From the NCBI GenBank assembly GCA_965153455.1, contig OZ234493.1:9042213-9106212 (forward strand): a stretch of 64,000 nucleotides of DNA, read 5' to 3'. This DNA is from Sphagnum compactum (taxonomy: Eukaryota). A program made the position numbers and the translations under genes. Of the stretch, positions 14,301 through 28,234 are shown in pieces (the first letter of the stretch is position 1; each line of letters begins with the position of its first letter). The notes below the pieces were generated by a model, which saw only the letters and a list, made by a program, of their open reading frames with translations, was not told the origin of the DNA and ran no database searches.

Positions 14301-15284
14301 TGTGCAGGATGTCCCCATTCTCCACCACTACCCTCTACTAAGGCATCTCTTGTGCCTTCAGCTTGGGTGCTTGCTCTTAGTGGGGTGAGCTAAAATGAGA
14401 TGGAGCCTACCCTCACAGCTCCTTGCAGCTTAAATGAGGCTATGACTTGCTTTTTTATTAGCTATGCTGCTTGAATGCTAGCTCACATTGTGCCAGGCTT
14501 CCAGAAACTCAACATTAACGTACAATGCAGGTTTTTGTTTTATTTTTTTCCTAAATTTTGAGCAGATTACTACATACTTACAAGCAAGCCCAGCTTTCTA
14601 TATATTTAAAAGTTTGACAATTAAGTCAAGGCTGTTACAACCCTGGTGTCCATAATTGTGCACTACATCTGTAGTAGAAACCACTGTATGAAGTCCCACT
14701 GTCAGGAGCTGATGAAGTTAGAATGAAGGTGATGTTCTGATACTTCGTCAGTGACACAAGGTTAAGACTGCTCATTGTCATGTTTGTTGGTTTTGCTGGA
14801 ATCAACAAAACATTTTTCCAGTTAACTTTTTTTGGATTTTTTCTAAGCAATCACAGTGGTCTGTTTGATGGATGGCTATCAAATGCCAATATGGGCCAAT
14901 GCCTGTAGATAGTGGAGCTTATACTTAGTTTTGGTTATGGCTCAGGGGGATTGGCTTGATCTGATATATAGAGTGTATTAATCCACACAGGGGGAAATAT
15001 ATTTCACGGTGCAATGGGGTTGGATGCACTCTTTCTTCTTCGACCTTTGAAGGGCTGGTGAGTGAATCTCTTTTGTTATCTTATTTAAATATTTATTAAG
15101 TTGAGACACCAAAAAAATGTACAGTAGGGCCAAGACTGATGATCTTATGTCCTGTAGGTCTGGATATCGGACGCCTGTGAAAGGACTTTATCTGTGCGGT
15201 GCTGGTTCCCACCCAGGTGGTGGTGTCATGGGGGCACCAGGTCGAAATGCCGCTTCTGTTGTACTTCAGGACAGAACAAAATAG
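8380..15284 (+). CDS. PYROXD2: Pyridine nucleotide-disulfide oxidoreductase domain-containing protein 2-like (phytoene desaturase/CrtI-like FAD oxidoreductase superfamily), 17 exons
   Basis: Phase-consistent GT-AG exons: 8380-8510, 9031-9231, 9351-9512, 9652-9831, 9998-10055, 10445-10495, 10604-10686, 11086-11173, 11322-11378, 11629-11703, 12290-12358, 12754-12869, 12982-13094, 13386-13465, 13748-13868, 14991-15057, 15158-15284. Motifs include the N-terminal FAD-binding [64 protein letters not shown] and C-terminal [24 protein letters not shown]. The start codon and first donor site are less certain. Confidence 0.92.
11850..12235 (+). repeat. Intronic dispersed element, copy A (PYROXD2 intron 10)
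   Basis: Aligns by eye over ~380 bp with 14340-14790 and over ~180 bp with the reverse complement of 53115-53290. Core at 12101-12127 is CCCACTGTCAGGAGCTGATGAAGTCAG. Confidence 0.85.
14340..14790 (+). repeat. Intronic dispersed element, copy B (PYROXD2 intron 15)
   Basis: Shares GCTAAAATGA.ATG.AGC.TACCCTCACA..., GCTTCCAGAAA and the core 14695-14721 CCCACTGTCAGGAGCTGATGAAGTTAG with copy A. Confidence 0.85.
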
Positions 15285-18200
15285 TATTTGCAGCATGGGT
15301 GCTGGAATACAGCTTGCATTCATTGTGTGAAGTGTGAACCAATAGAGCTCTTTGAAAGCATCCCTGAAGCTGTGTGTCAATCTGAATTGGGTGATACTTA
15401 TAATAATCATGCATCTTGCTCTGAATGGGACTTGATTATCTGGTGTGGATGCTCTCTCTAAAAGTAATTAGAAGCAGAGAAGAGAGGTTCTTCCTTGGTT
15501 GAAGAAGTAGCTGTTGCCCCTAATGAAATCTGTAGCTTTTTGAACAAAGAAGTCAGCAGGCACTCTCCCTTGTCACTCAACATTCTTCTCATTTTAGCTA
15601 TGGTCATCGTTCAAACAACTTGTTGTCATCATCATCTTTTATTTGAAGACCTTGGTATTACCTAATAGTTTCATCCCTTACTTCTAATCTTCAGTTTGAA
15701 CATTGCCTTTTCTTTGGAGAAGCCTTGGTCCATGTTGACGACAACGCCTTTCTTTATCAGTGTAAATGTCGGCTGGCTTGTGACCTTTTGCAACCTTCTG
15801 TTTGTGCATGTCTTCTCGTGTTTAAACAATTCATCAATAAAACAAAGGATTGTTTTTAGGATTCAACTTTCAAATGTTCACATCATGAAACCTTGTGTGA
15901 CATTTTTTTCTAATGACTCTTCTAACATCCGTCAAACTCACATCCTTTCATGCTCAAGCTTATGTGTGCGAGCATCACATACTACAATTCCTAACACCAA
16001 ATTTTTAAATCACCTTTCCAATTAGGTTAAGGCTCTCACATCCTATGGTAGCCAATCTTCCTTGTAGTCAACCCATTGACCCTTTGTGTATCCATTTTGA
16101 ACCCATGGTAATGAGCACATGAGGATGATAATGCATTTGCCTCCATTGTTATTGCCCCAAGCTATTGGACATCCATGTGTGGATTTTGGGTGCACCCATT
16201 CAATTGATGGGTTGTTTTGAAGTCCACCCATCTACTTGTTGGGTTTCTTCTCAAAATATGAATGTTGGGTAACTGATTTAATCATACCTCGGTTATTTTT
16301 TTGGGGTTTTCACTTGCCTTTTTTATTTTAAAAAAATTGATTTGAAAGATTATGCAAGATTTGATTAAAATAAAACACATCAATTTTAAAATAAATCAAA
16401 ATTTTAATATAAAATTAATTTTTGAGATATAAAAGTTTTTAATTAACTTGATGTTATGTCTAAAAATTCAATAAGGCTTTTGATGAAAATGCAATAACAA
16501 AAATCATAAGCAAGTTAAATTTTAATTGATTCATTTGTTTGTATTGATGTTGCTTTTTATGCTATAAAAACTTATTATTGTGCTAAGATAGTAGACATGC
16601 ATGTGTGATTTTAAGTTTTACCAAGCATGTATGGGGCAAACACAACTAGTTCTCTAAGTTTAGGCTATTGCAAAGTTATTGAAACTTCCTCCACCTTAAG
16701 CTACTTCCAGTCTACTATAGGCTATCACTAGGCTATCCTAAGCTATCCTAGGTTATTTTACTTGTTATTTTAAGTTATCCCAAGCTACTATTAAGCTACC
16801 TTGGGCTATTATAAGTTACATTAGGTTGTTTTAGAATACCTATGCTACTCTAAGCTATTACTAAACTATTCCTAAAATACTTTGTCAATTTATAAACTAA
16901 AGCAAATAAATTTTTTTTCTAATTGTTATAATTGGTTAAACAAGGTTTTAGGAAATCAATTAATTGACAACTACTAGTCATGTACTTCTAATTATTATAT
17001 TAGTCAAGCCAAAAAACCTTTTTTTTACATAGTGATGGGTGAAAGCATGGTAATATATATATATATTATTCAAGATCCACTTTCTAAATATATAGCGATT
17101 CTCAACATAAGCACATAAAAAATAAATTCAAAACCTTTTTAAATCTCATTATGAAAACATTGGGGCATTCATTGAGTTTGTGGTACATTGGCTACAATAT
17201 TTTAAAAATTAGTATATAATATTTTAGTAAGTAACAAATAGGTTTGAAAATAATTGGTGAATATTGCGTTCTTCCTACTTTTTCATTACAAGTTGGATAT
17301 AATTTGATTATAATATGAAAAAGTTTAGGATGAAAGTCCACAAGTACATTTTAAGTTACCATTAATTTGAAAGTAAATTAAATTAATCATTTTATATGTG
17401 TGCAATCTACTTTGTAAGTTGTGATATTTTCCTAAATTTTGGTGATTATATTTAAACCTATTTTACACATATGGCTTTTAATTAGTTGTAATGAAGGATC
17501 AAATAACATGTTCATATTTATCATTGAATAATGCTTTTATATTCAATATATCAATGCATCTTGATGCCTACTTTCCATTTATGTTATAAAGATCATGAAT
17601 GGTATTTTACCATGTTTTCACCTTGGTCTAAATCTGCCACCCTATATGCACCTCCAAGGTTTAGAAAAAATATTGTATTTTGTAAAACATGCATTCCATT
17701 GTATTTGCACTTATGATTTTTTTTAATAATTCTATTTTTTTCTTGAATTACAATCCTTTTGAGGATAAGATGCCACCTTATGGATTTAAATAATATGCAT
17801 GTTGTTGTTGTGCCAATATTTATGTCATGACCCTAAGGAAATGGGATTATAATTAAGGCTCTAATGATGATAGTTTTTGAAATTGACTAAGAATTTTTAA
17901 AGTTGGCGCTCTATAAACCATTGAAAAGTGATTATATAATACATAACTAAAACTGCTTTCCAAATCAAAAACTTGAAACACAAGTTATGGCCATTTGAAA
18001 GATCACAAATCAAATTTTCAAACTGAACATTGACCAACAAATTGTCCAAGAAAGGGGTCAAATTAGCTTAATGATGTGTTAATGGGAATTAACTTGAAGA
18101 TCTAGTTATTGAATGAGTCATGACAACAATAACATAAAACTGGCACCTAAAGTGGGAGAAATAACCTTTCTTGGTTGTCCCAAAAAATGGAACATGGTGG

Positions 18201-21200
18201 GGGGTGGGGGGGGGAGTGTTCCAATTCCATTCGGTCTCAAGGTGGGTGATTAATGAAATTAAATTTGAAGATCCAAAAAATGGTCATCTTAAGGAACTCC
18301 AAATTGTCCCTATCCACTTTGAAAAGAACACCCTGATGATGTTCTTGAATAAACACTTGGATAGCTTTGAAACCTTTGTGATGGGAGCTGGATCACCTAA
18401 ATATTGGTCAAAATATGAACATGATAAAAGATGAGAATTAATTAAATTCCAAAGCCATTACTAAATCAAGAAAAAATTTCAAGATTTATAAATTTAATTA
18501 GGGAGCTGTGAGCTTTCAATGAACCCTTGGATGATATAATCTTTAAGTTGGGTGAATGCATAGTCGAGTGGTTCAAAAATGAAAAAAAATTATGCTCTTT
18601 ATGAATTTAGACAAGATCTTTTTAAATGATTCAACTGGACACGATTGTTGTTTTAAAACATGTTATTATTATAATATTTGAATAATATGTGCTCAATCAC
18701 CTATAAACCTTCCCAAATCTATGTGAATATTTATATTTAATGTAGATGTTGTTATTTTTTAACTTAGAAGTCCTAAAAGGAAAACTCATAAAGTCCATAT
18801 GAATAATGGCCCATACAAATTTTTTTAAAAATATGTTTTTGGGACAAAATTTTTGAAAAACAAACAAAAATTACAATTCATATGGACTTATGAAAATATG
18901 GTCAAATTTGAACCATTCAAAAGTCCTTAATTATTAAATGGTTAAGGTTTTCAAAAAAAAGATTCATGATATGAGTTTATCATTTTGTATTTCATCATAT
19001 ATTGAATCCCAATAACAAATTTGGAATATGTGAATTAATATAAAAAAATTCATTTTGTAATGTTCCAGTTAGATGACCAGTCCTTATTTTTTGACTTCAA
19101 AAGTCCATTATTACTATCAATAAATAATCACACAATTTTCTTCATAATGAAATTGTTAATTTGGATCCCAGTTTCAATTAGTAGATTTAAAAATATATTA
19201 ATCACCATATGCATTTAAATAAAAGGTACTAAATAAAAACTAAAATGCCATGAAACTAAGCCATTCAATTGTGCATCTACCCAATTTGAAAGACTATCCA
19301 TTGTGTTGGGATACCAAAGAATGAAAAACACCGTGAGGTCTTTATTCACCACATTTGTTGTGTGCCTTGTCATTAGTAGAAAGGAAAGGTCCTTCTTGTG
19401 TTGACCTTGCACATTTCATAGGTTTTTTTATAACCTTAGTGCATCATGTTACTATAATTTGGCTATAAAAGTCCAAGGAAAAAACCATGTCACTAGTAAT
19501 TTGGCTATAAAAGTTTTGAATTGGGCTTTAGGGTCAATAATTCTCAAAACCCCCATTGATACTAACTAGGCCAAAAAGTCCCACTCGACTTGAACACGTG
19601 TTTTCTTTGCTTTACAACCCCATATGAAATTCCTAACCATTCAATACACCAAAACATGGTTTTTATAATTAAAACATTTTGCAACTATTGCCCAATTTAA
19701 CATGTAGTCCTATGTGATATGTTTTTGTGCAATTGCAGCAAATTTAATCATCATTATGATTATGTGCTTATAATTACAACATGACTAATAATCATCTCGA
19801 AAGAAGTGTAACTAGGGTAAGTAAGCTTGGTTAGTTACTTGCAAGGTAGTTAGGCTAGGTGTTAAGCTGGGTAGGTAGGTAGGTACCCTAAATAACTAGG
19901 TAGGTAGTGTAGTTGGGTTCAACTACATAGGTAGGTTAGAAAAAATATTCACAATAATGTGATGACAAATCATATTATTTGTTGAATGTGTGGTGCAATG
20001 ATGAAGGTTTTGGAATTGAAAATTGATTTAACATTATCAAACAATAAACATGTATTTAAAAAATCTAAAAGGAATAAATTTAAGTATGCAAAATTTTCAT
20101 AAATAATAAGAGATGCAAAGTGATAACAACATGTTGCAACTAACCATTGATAATCTCAATAAAATCTTTACGTCAAAATTGTTGTTTTATGATTACATAT
20201 ATGCATTATGAAAAAAAAGATGTTTTGCAACTAGTCTTGCAATTGGGTTTTTGAATTGCGACAATCATTTGCAACTCAACATATTTCTATAATATGTCAA
20301 CATATTCCTATAACATGAATGTCATTAGACGAATTGCAAGAGTTACAATAAACACAACTCACTGTATATGAAACCATATACGTATACAAATTCATGCAAC
20401 TATGTTGCAATTAGATCATTGCAACTACCATGACATTGCGTTACAACTACATAAACAATAATGTGTTGACATGGCAATAATGTATCAACAAATCATCAAC
20501 AGAAATGTAGCAATTATAAGTTTATTTTATGTAGAACGTTTTTATTATTTTAATTGTAATCGTTCAACTTAGGGCCAATAAGATTTTGACACACATCGTT
20601 TAGGTCAATATGTAAGTAGGCCTAAGGTTATGTAAACATTATTACCTACCTTTCTTAAGGTGGGTAGTTAGGCCTAGGTAGATAAGTAGGTAGGCTTATG
20701 CTAGGTATGTAGGTAATTTGAGATAATCCTATTATATTTTTGGTTTAACCTTAACGTCAAACCTTTTTTTATCGACTTATTTCAAATGTCAACAAATACG
20801 ATTAATGACTAAAAAATAAGTGCAAAATTATAGGATTGTTATTCTAAACAACATAATACATGAACAATAAGTGCAACATGTACCAATGACACATGAATCT
20901 CACCAAGTTCCTTTAATCTAACAATAGGTGTATCAACAAGTAGCAAATCTAACTCCCAAAGGCACATAGAAGGTGATATTAATGGAACATCAATAATCAC
21001 ATAGACAATAAGGGTCACACAAGCATGCACAATAGGAACCACAAGATTCCCATAAGTGTAACATGATTTGATTTGTGTACCCTTTGAATGTACTTTCTTT
21101 TTGAACTTGGATTTCAATGACATACCATAATTTAAAGTATGGGTGGGGTAATGTTAAATGGGTTAGGTTACTAGCACTTTATTATTTACATACCAATTAT

Positions 21201-22630
21201 ACTAAACTTATTAGATTATAAATTAAATTATTATTTAGTTTGTTGGTTATTAATTTTGAAATTAGGTTTTTACTTTTTTTTTGAAGATTGTTTCTTACAT
21301 TGTTTAATTTGAACCTTGTTTTGTTTCAAAACCCTAAAGACCTTTTGCATATATGGGGAGGCCATGACAACATGGCATCATGCCAAGGATAAATGATTTT
21401 TTTATATCCTTGCCTTTGACACAAAAAATAAAATTCCCCGAGTTTTTTTATGTAGGGTAAAACCTTAATGTGGAGGCATTCCCAAACTAAAAGATCTATG
21501 ATGAGGCACAGTTGACTCTAACCTTAAGGTTATGAAACTTAAATTTTTTTTTATGAACCTTTTAGTCCAATCTAATTGATACTTGTTTTTTGGGTTTTTT
21601 AAACCTTTAATTTTAATGTTTTTTTAATGAAACTGGAGTTTGGTCCAATTAAAAAATTAGGTCCACTCTCATTTTCATAAAAAACATAACTATTTTTTTT
21701 GTTTAGTTTTAATTTGTTCAACTAATCTATAAAATCCAAAAATAAATATTATATATTAATTATGTGTAACCAATTGAAATTTATTTGCTTGCTTAAAAAG
21801 TAAGGTTAGGTTTTTATTTTTAAAGTTGTATTTATGGCATTTAGAGAACCCAAACTTGTTGAACAAGGGACAACATCTCATGTTTAAGCTATAATTCAAT
21901 TCTTTAAAATTGTTGGTTAACCATTCTAGTTTTAATGGAAATTCCAATAAAATGTGGAACTTCTAGTTTGGAACCCATTAGACTTTGACCTTAAATCTAG
22001 ACTTAAAGCTAAATGAAATATAAAACATGACAACATTGGTCTAAACTCAAAATTTGAAAATATCCCCCACTTGTGCACCTTACCCACCTAAACCTTGTCA
22101 TAAGCTCGATCATACATAAGTCATGATGCAAAAAGAGTGGGAAGGATTGTTTAGATGATAATTACCTTGTTTTAATTACCTATTGGGTAAAATAATCAAA
22201 CCTTATTTTATTGTCATAATCTAGTAAATCTAATTTATTGGTAGTAGGTAAAAATGTTTGAAATTTGTTTTCATTTAAATAAAAACATAGTTAACTATCT
22301 CCATTGTTCTAGGATAATTTTTAATGATTTATTTTAGAAGGTGGGTAAATAGAAATTATTCCCATAAATTTAGGAGAAGATTTAAATATTCTTTTAAAAA
22401 ATGGGTTGGTAAAACATGGTGAGGAAATCTAGGAATGGATGAGGTGATATATGAACTTAGTATGGGTGGTGGGAAACCTATTTGGTTCCTCATTCTCTCT
22501 TGGGTGGTTTTGGAAAAGTTTGAACGAAAACATGTACATGGAAAGTTTGGAATACCAATGATGTATGTGTGTTCCAAGGGCTGAAGATATCTTTTGTGTT
22601 TTTGCAAGTAGATGTGTTTATTTTCTTTTT

Positions 22631-22632
<2 letters not shown>

Positions 22633-22675
<43 letters not shown>
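22633..22675. repeat. (AT)n microsatellite
   Basis: About 21 perfect AT units. Confidence 0.95.
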
Positions 22676-22677
<2 letters not shown>

Positions 22678-25149
22678 TGATTTTGTATTTGTAATCACTA
22701 GTTGGATAGTAGCTACAACTATGAAAAGCAATATAATGATGAAAGTAAATTTACAATGGTGAAGGCATTTACACCTTTTGGGATAATTTACAACACGGCT
22801 AAAAAGATGGACTAGGAACTACCTTCCTACATCACATTGCTTACTTTTTGTTATTTTCACCTTGGTTTCCATGTTGTTAATTTGTTTTTTTGAACAATAT
22901 TTTGTGCAAAGATAAGTAGACCATAGACCATAGTAGGCATCTTTTCTTATGTTTGTGTGATTGTTTACGTGGCAACCCCATCTAATGTTCACTTGGGATT
23001 ATCAAGAGTAAAATTATACAAGGATCTAACACATGTTTATAAATGAAAGATTTTTTGTGCTCTTGATTTGTAGGCAAAGATCCTTTTTGTGAGCTAGGAA
23101 ACATATTGAATAAGATGCATTTCATAAAAATTAAGAAAATTTTCTAAGTGCTTTTGTATGGTATGTGAGGCCATAGGGAGAAGGCCTTACTAAAATAAAA
23201 GGTTTGCACAAAGCAAAGCCAAATGTGGCCCCAGTTTTGATAACATCTTCCTTCAAGGGCCTTATACCATGTCTAAATTTATATTATTTTGAAAAAAAAA
23301 TCATTTTTCATGATATTTAACACATATCCATTAGGTAATAACTTTTCAAAAAAAAAACACATGAACTATTATGCTTATTATAATGTGTCTTATTGCAACA
23401 ATAATGAAAATAACAAGGCTTTGTGGATATGGATACCATTGTACTTAATTTGGTTAGACACTAATTAATTTTGACCTACATGCCACATTGAAAATATAAA
23501 AAATGGTGGAAGGAAGTGACAAATTTTGACCCTTAAATCTTTTACCTTTTTGGAAATCATATAATAAGGACAAAACAATTCATCTTTAAATTGATCATTA
23601 GATTTCACTTAGACTATTGAAGACTTGTGAATCTTATCAATAGATGTCAACTTTATGGAATTATGGAATGTGCCATGACACTAGGAGAAAATTGTTGAAA
23701 AACTGCAAAAGACATTTACTTTGGCAACTTTCCAAGAAATAATTAGTGTTGTGAAGGTATCTAATTTGAAGGGTAAAATTTGGGGGCCTAAGGTCAAGTT
23801 CTTGTGACCTTGACTTGAGTTGACATCATTTTCTTGGAATTGACCCAAGAACTAGACTATGGAGAAAATGTTTTACTAGATCAAGAACTAAATTAGAATC
23901 ATGAAAAAACATTTTTGAAAACATGGTTAGGATATGTATGTTAAAAACTTAATATATAGATTGACGTTTATAACTTAATATTAGATTTAATTAGTTGGTC
24001 AACCTTATATTTGTATAGATCCCAATTTTAATTTGTTGTAAATCTTTGTACCCACATAATCTTTTAACATTAGAAAATGTGCAATGTGGATATGGAACTA
24101 ATCATGGCCTTTATAAGGGAGAAGAATATTTATTTTTTTCTACATATGATGGACATAAATGCTAAATGAGAGGGAATCTATAGACCATTAGGGCCAGAAA
24201 CAAAATATGAAAATGACATTAGTTCACGCATTCACATGATAATATGTTTGACCCTTGAGATGCAATTGTAGTTAGTAAAAAAACAAGATGTGCAAACATA
24301 AGAATAGTTGACAACATTCATGGTGGAAGGGCTATTGATGGTCCAAACATAAATTTTATAAACATAAGAATAGTTGTTTGTTTAAGCACAAATGAAACAA
24401 GTTATGTGAATTTATTTAATCAAGAAACAAAGTTGCTTTAAAGCAACTTTCAACCTCCTATTATCAATTTTGGTTATTTTATAACACTAGCATTCATAAA
24501 CACTAGAGTTTAAAAAAATGTATCAATGCCATTTCCCTTGTCATTATGTCTACAAACAAGGACAACAAGGGGATCATAGATGCAATGCACGATACCAACA
24601 ATACTCAATTGGAGATTGAATAACATTCAAATGTTCAAAAAAAATTCCATTACTTCAAATGATTTGGTTGGAAAATCCACAAGATGAACAAATGCATGGT
24701 GAATGTGTTTTCCAATTTGAATCACGCATCTATCAAGGATCGAACACACATTCTTTTAATTGTAATTTACCTTTAAATGATTTAGGGTCATATGACTTGA
24801 CAAATGATTAGAATGAAAGATAAAACATCCATAATAAAAGTAAAACACATGTAGTGATCCAAATTCCAAGAACACAAGTTGTAGTGGTTCTAATTGAGAA
24901 TCTTCATTTCATATTGCATTCAAATTGCATTTCAGTTGTAAATTACGTTACACACAATGTCACTTAGATTGTATTTCAATTCCAAATTGCAATTCACACC
25001 ATGTCAACAATTAAAATATTGAAAATGCAAGATGTAAGAATTCAATGTTCATAAATCTATGGTTTATGATTCCTTAAATATTGTTGTATCATATCATGTT
25101 GATTCACACTTGAAATTTTCCCCTTTGCAACGTAAGCCAAATGTCCAAT

Positions 25150-26120
25150 CCATTTACTTGATCATCACCATGTTTAGTTGCTAACACACCACATCTATCT
25201 CTATTGCATTCTTTGCCTTCAATTCTTGCATCAACTCATCAATGTTAGTGTTTTTCATTAAAAATCATATTGTGTGACATACAACAACATATGAGCACAT
25301 CTAGAAAGAAATGCACATGCAAATTTGATTTAATCATTAATTCACAAAACATTTTATTCAATATACCAAAATTGTTTTCAATAATTATAGCAAGGAGTTT
25401 CTTGTTATATAGTGCTTCGAAAATGGAATGTTGAACTTACAATTCTTTCTAAGGCACCATTAACTATGGCAAGAATGGGTAGCCCTTATTTCAAATAATG
25501 TAAGGCTTGATGCTTTCATGCAAATCAAGCTTGTTGAACAATATCCTTCATGTTGCCTTTTGATAAAAAACAAGCACAAGTCGAATATGCATCATTATTA
25601 ATCTTGACATCCCCACAAAAACATCCAAAAAATGTCTTTGTGATCAACAATGGCTTGCATTTGCATATTGTATGCTTTCAATTTGAAGGAATAATAGTTT
25701 GTAAGCTTGGACTTTCGACTTTTGGATATGGATTTGAACCACATCAATGGCAAATTAAACATTTGACAAGCCCAAAAATTCCTTGAATCCTTCATTTACA
25801 TGTAATAGCTAATCACCCTTCAACCCATCTAACCTAATTGTTGAAAACAACATTACCAACATGTACAAACTCCCATAAGACTAGATGTACAATTGATTTC
25901 CAAATGGCAAAGAGTTCACTACATTATAATTACTTTAAAATGTGTTTATCCGTAAAAAGAACATGCAACTTTAATGTTCATAAACACTGTGCACCTAAAT
26001 TTTGCATTTTATTGCATTTTATGTTTCATTGTTTCACAAAAGACATGCTAATTGAAAATGTTCAATCCATTTTTTATTATCATATTAAGTCATACAAAAT
26101 TGGAATACCAAGTTGTTGAC
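25150..26120 (-). mobile_element. Decayed PIF/Harbinger (HARBI1/DDE_Tnp_4-type) transposase
   Basis: Minus-strand fragments: GFKEFLGLSNV*FAIDVVQIHIQ (cf. GAIDGTHI), MQMQAIVDH, GYPFLP.LMVP, LYNKKLL..IIENNFGILNKMF and DVLICCCMSHNMI, in the expected order. Many stops and frameshifts. Confidence 0.75.
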
Positions 26121-27024
26121 CTTGCCTTCACCTAATCATTAAGTTCCTGATTCAAAATAACATCATACACACAAGACAATATATAATTATGGATAATCAA
26201 AACATTCATTTTCTAAAACACGTCTAATGCATGTGTCTTCATGAAAAGAAACAATACTTCATCATTTGCAAAACCAATAGATGAGAATGTAAAATCCATT
26301 TAAAATGATAAAAGATTAGCAAGTTTTGTGTTCAAATCAAGAGCCAAAAAAAGTTGTGCAAGTAGGATTGCTTTTATTGTTTCATAACAACAATGTTGAC
26401 CAATTTTACAATGAGACCTTACTAAGAACATAGAAACACAATGAAATCTAAAAAGGAAATGAAACAAAAGGATATAAAGAAAAAAAATACAAACCTTGAA
26501 CAATGAACAACAAAATGATCAACACAATGAACACAAATTTTTTTTATGTAAATGAAGAGCCAAAATGCAAAACATGACAAAGAGCACAATGATATGGATG
26601 ATGAATAATACAAAAACGAAAACATAGCAAAGCAAGGTGGTTGCATTATTGATGCAAACATGAACTTAAACATGACGAAGGACATATTACCTCAAATCTT
26701 ATGAAAGATGAAGATGAAACGTATCAATTGTTGCAAAAATGAACAAGCCACAAACATAAAAGCAAAGCAAATCAAAGACATTGCAAAAACTCAAAAACAA
26801 AGTGTTAAATGAAGATGATGTAAGCATGAATAGTTGGCAAAGACATGAACACTTTTACCACTTTTGATTTAGGGTTTAGGGTTAAACAATAAAGACACAA
26901 GAGAGACAACCACCAACTTGAAGAAAGTGATCTAATTCAACCCCATGTGTGAACATGGATAAATTAAGGCTAATGGTCATAGAATAGATTGTGTGAAATT
27001 GGGACTAGTGAATGTCATCATAGA

Positions 27025-27325
27025 TTGTGGTTTTTTTTAGGGATTTTTGTTTGAAAGCCAAAGTGGCAATGATCGTAAGGAAGATTTAGCCAAATCTGGC
27101 TATAAACTACTACATATATGAAATACAAAATTTTAATCATCCTTCTATATTTTTGGCTACAGATTGAAAACCAAATATAGACATATATGGCTATATTTAT
27201 TTATACTATATTTTTTCCTCACTTGTGGCGATTGAAAACCTCCAAAATCACTTCACATTCGAATTTATTTTGAATTAGGCTATTTGCCGAAATTTCTCCA
27301 ATAAAAAAAAGAAAAGAAAGACTGA
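27025..27325. repeat. Probable MITE-like dispersed repeat
   Basis: ~300-bp non-coding unit with a T-rich left end and A-rich right end (...AAAAAAAGAAAAGAAAGACTG) and an internal palindrome TAGCCAAATCTGGCTA. The family assignment is from general resemblance only. Confidence 0.35.
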
Positions 27326-27911
27326 TGGTACTAGTGAACGTGCTTTCCCGGACGCCTGCTTGCGATGGATGATGGATGCATTATGGGTCACGGGGTAGCT
27401 CTGAATGGATGCGTGAGGCTGCAGGGATGGATGACGATGAGATGTGAATTGAGCTTGAACTGCATGCCGTTGGATCTAGGGCTGATGGACGAGCTGGCGG
27501 AAAGGGATGCAAGTGGAGAAGGGAGGGAGGGGTTCAGCGTGTTCTTGTTTGCCGCTGTTGCTGTGGTCTCGGTGGTGCAGAGCTCGGGCGGGAAGGTTTC
27601 AGGCCGCTGCAATCCCCTGCAGTGCGTCTTCAACAGCACGATCGGACGTTCCCGGAGCAGGCGTTGGGCTTAGGCCTTGCCTGTGGTGTGTGCGTTCCCA
27701 TGTCTTCCGTGCATATATGACGACGCCGGAGTTCGGCAGCAAGGCGGAACAACGACGAGCAGACAGCAGCGGTGGCGGCGGCAGGTGATTGTTGGGGGTT
27801 TGAAAGGTCTTTCAATCAAATCTTTTGAGGGAGGGGATCTTTCCAGCGTCAGTTGCTATTCAGCTGCTCTTTTGTGAGGCTGTTGTTGTTTGCATTCGGA
27901 GAACCTCGTTT

Positions 27912-28234
27912 AAAAAAAAAAAAAATCTTCGTAGAGGTTTCCGAGAGGGGGGGGGGGGGGGGGGGGAGTAGAAGAAGACGCGGTGCTTTATTTTTTCGTT
28001 GCCGCTCTTGTTTTCTTGGGACTCTGCCACCACATCAATGTGTCGAAAAACCATTCTAAAAAATAAAATCTAAAAAACCTTTCAAAACGAGCTCGTTGCG
28101 TACTTGACGTATCTAGCCAGAAGAGGTGGTCTTTTCGTGCCTTCGAAAACCCCCAAAAAAAGTGTCTGCAGTTCGGTTCTGGAGTGCAAGAAGAGTCGAC
28201 GGAAAAAACGCGTTCGTCGCAGAAAACCGTAAAG
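27912..28234 (+). promoter_or_regulatory. A-rich 5' leader region of PABP gene (candidate autoregulatory sequence)
   Basis: A14 at 27912-27925 and clustered A4-A7 runs at 28046-28077 and 28146-28226 upstream of the ATG. A-rich 5' UTR autoregulation is established for PABPC genes. The TSS was not determined. Confidence 0.5.

Noticed and set aside
14360-14760. TPP riboswitch (GGGTGCTTG) or SECIS (ATGA..AA..TGAT) in copy B
   Set aside because: The CTGAGA and downstream TPP aptamer motifs are absent. The SECIS spacing is too short and the site is intronic.
15600-16240. Coding-like minus-strand sequence downstream of PYROXD2
   Set aside because: Riddled with stops and no recognisable motif. Probably TE debris, but I cannot assign it.
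16300-23000. Short ORFs (60-95 aa) listed in the ORF track across AT-rich intergenic DNA, and ORFs antisense to exons elsewhere
   Set aside because: Biased composition, no motifs and no splice support. They are chance ORFs or shadows of real exons.
26867-26883. Interstitial telomeric repeat TTTAGGG
   Set aside because: Only about 2.4 units, which is common background in plant DNA.
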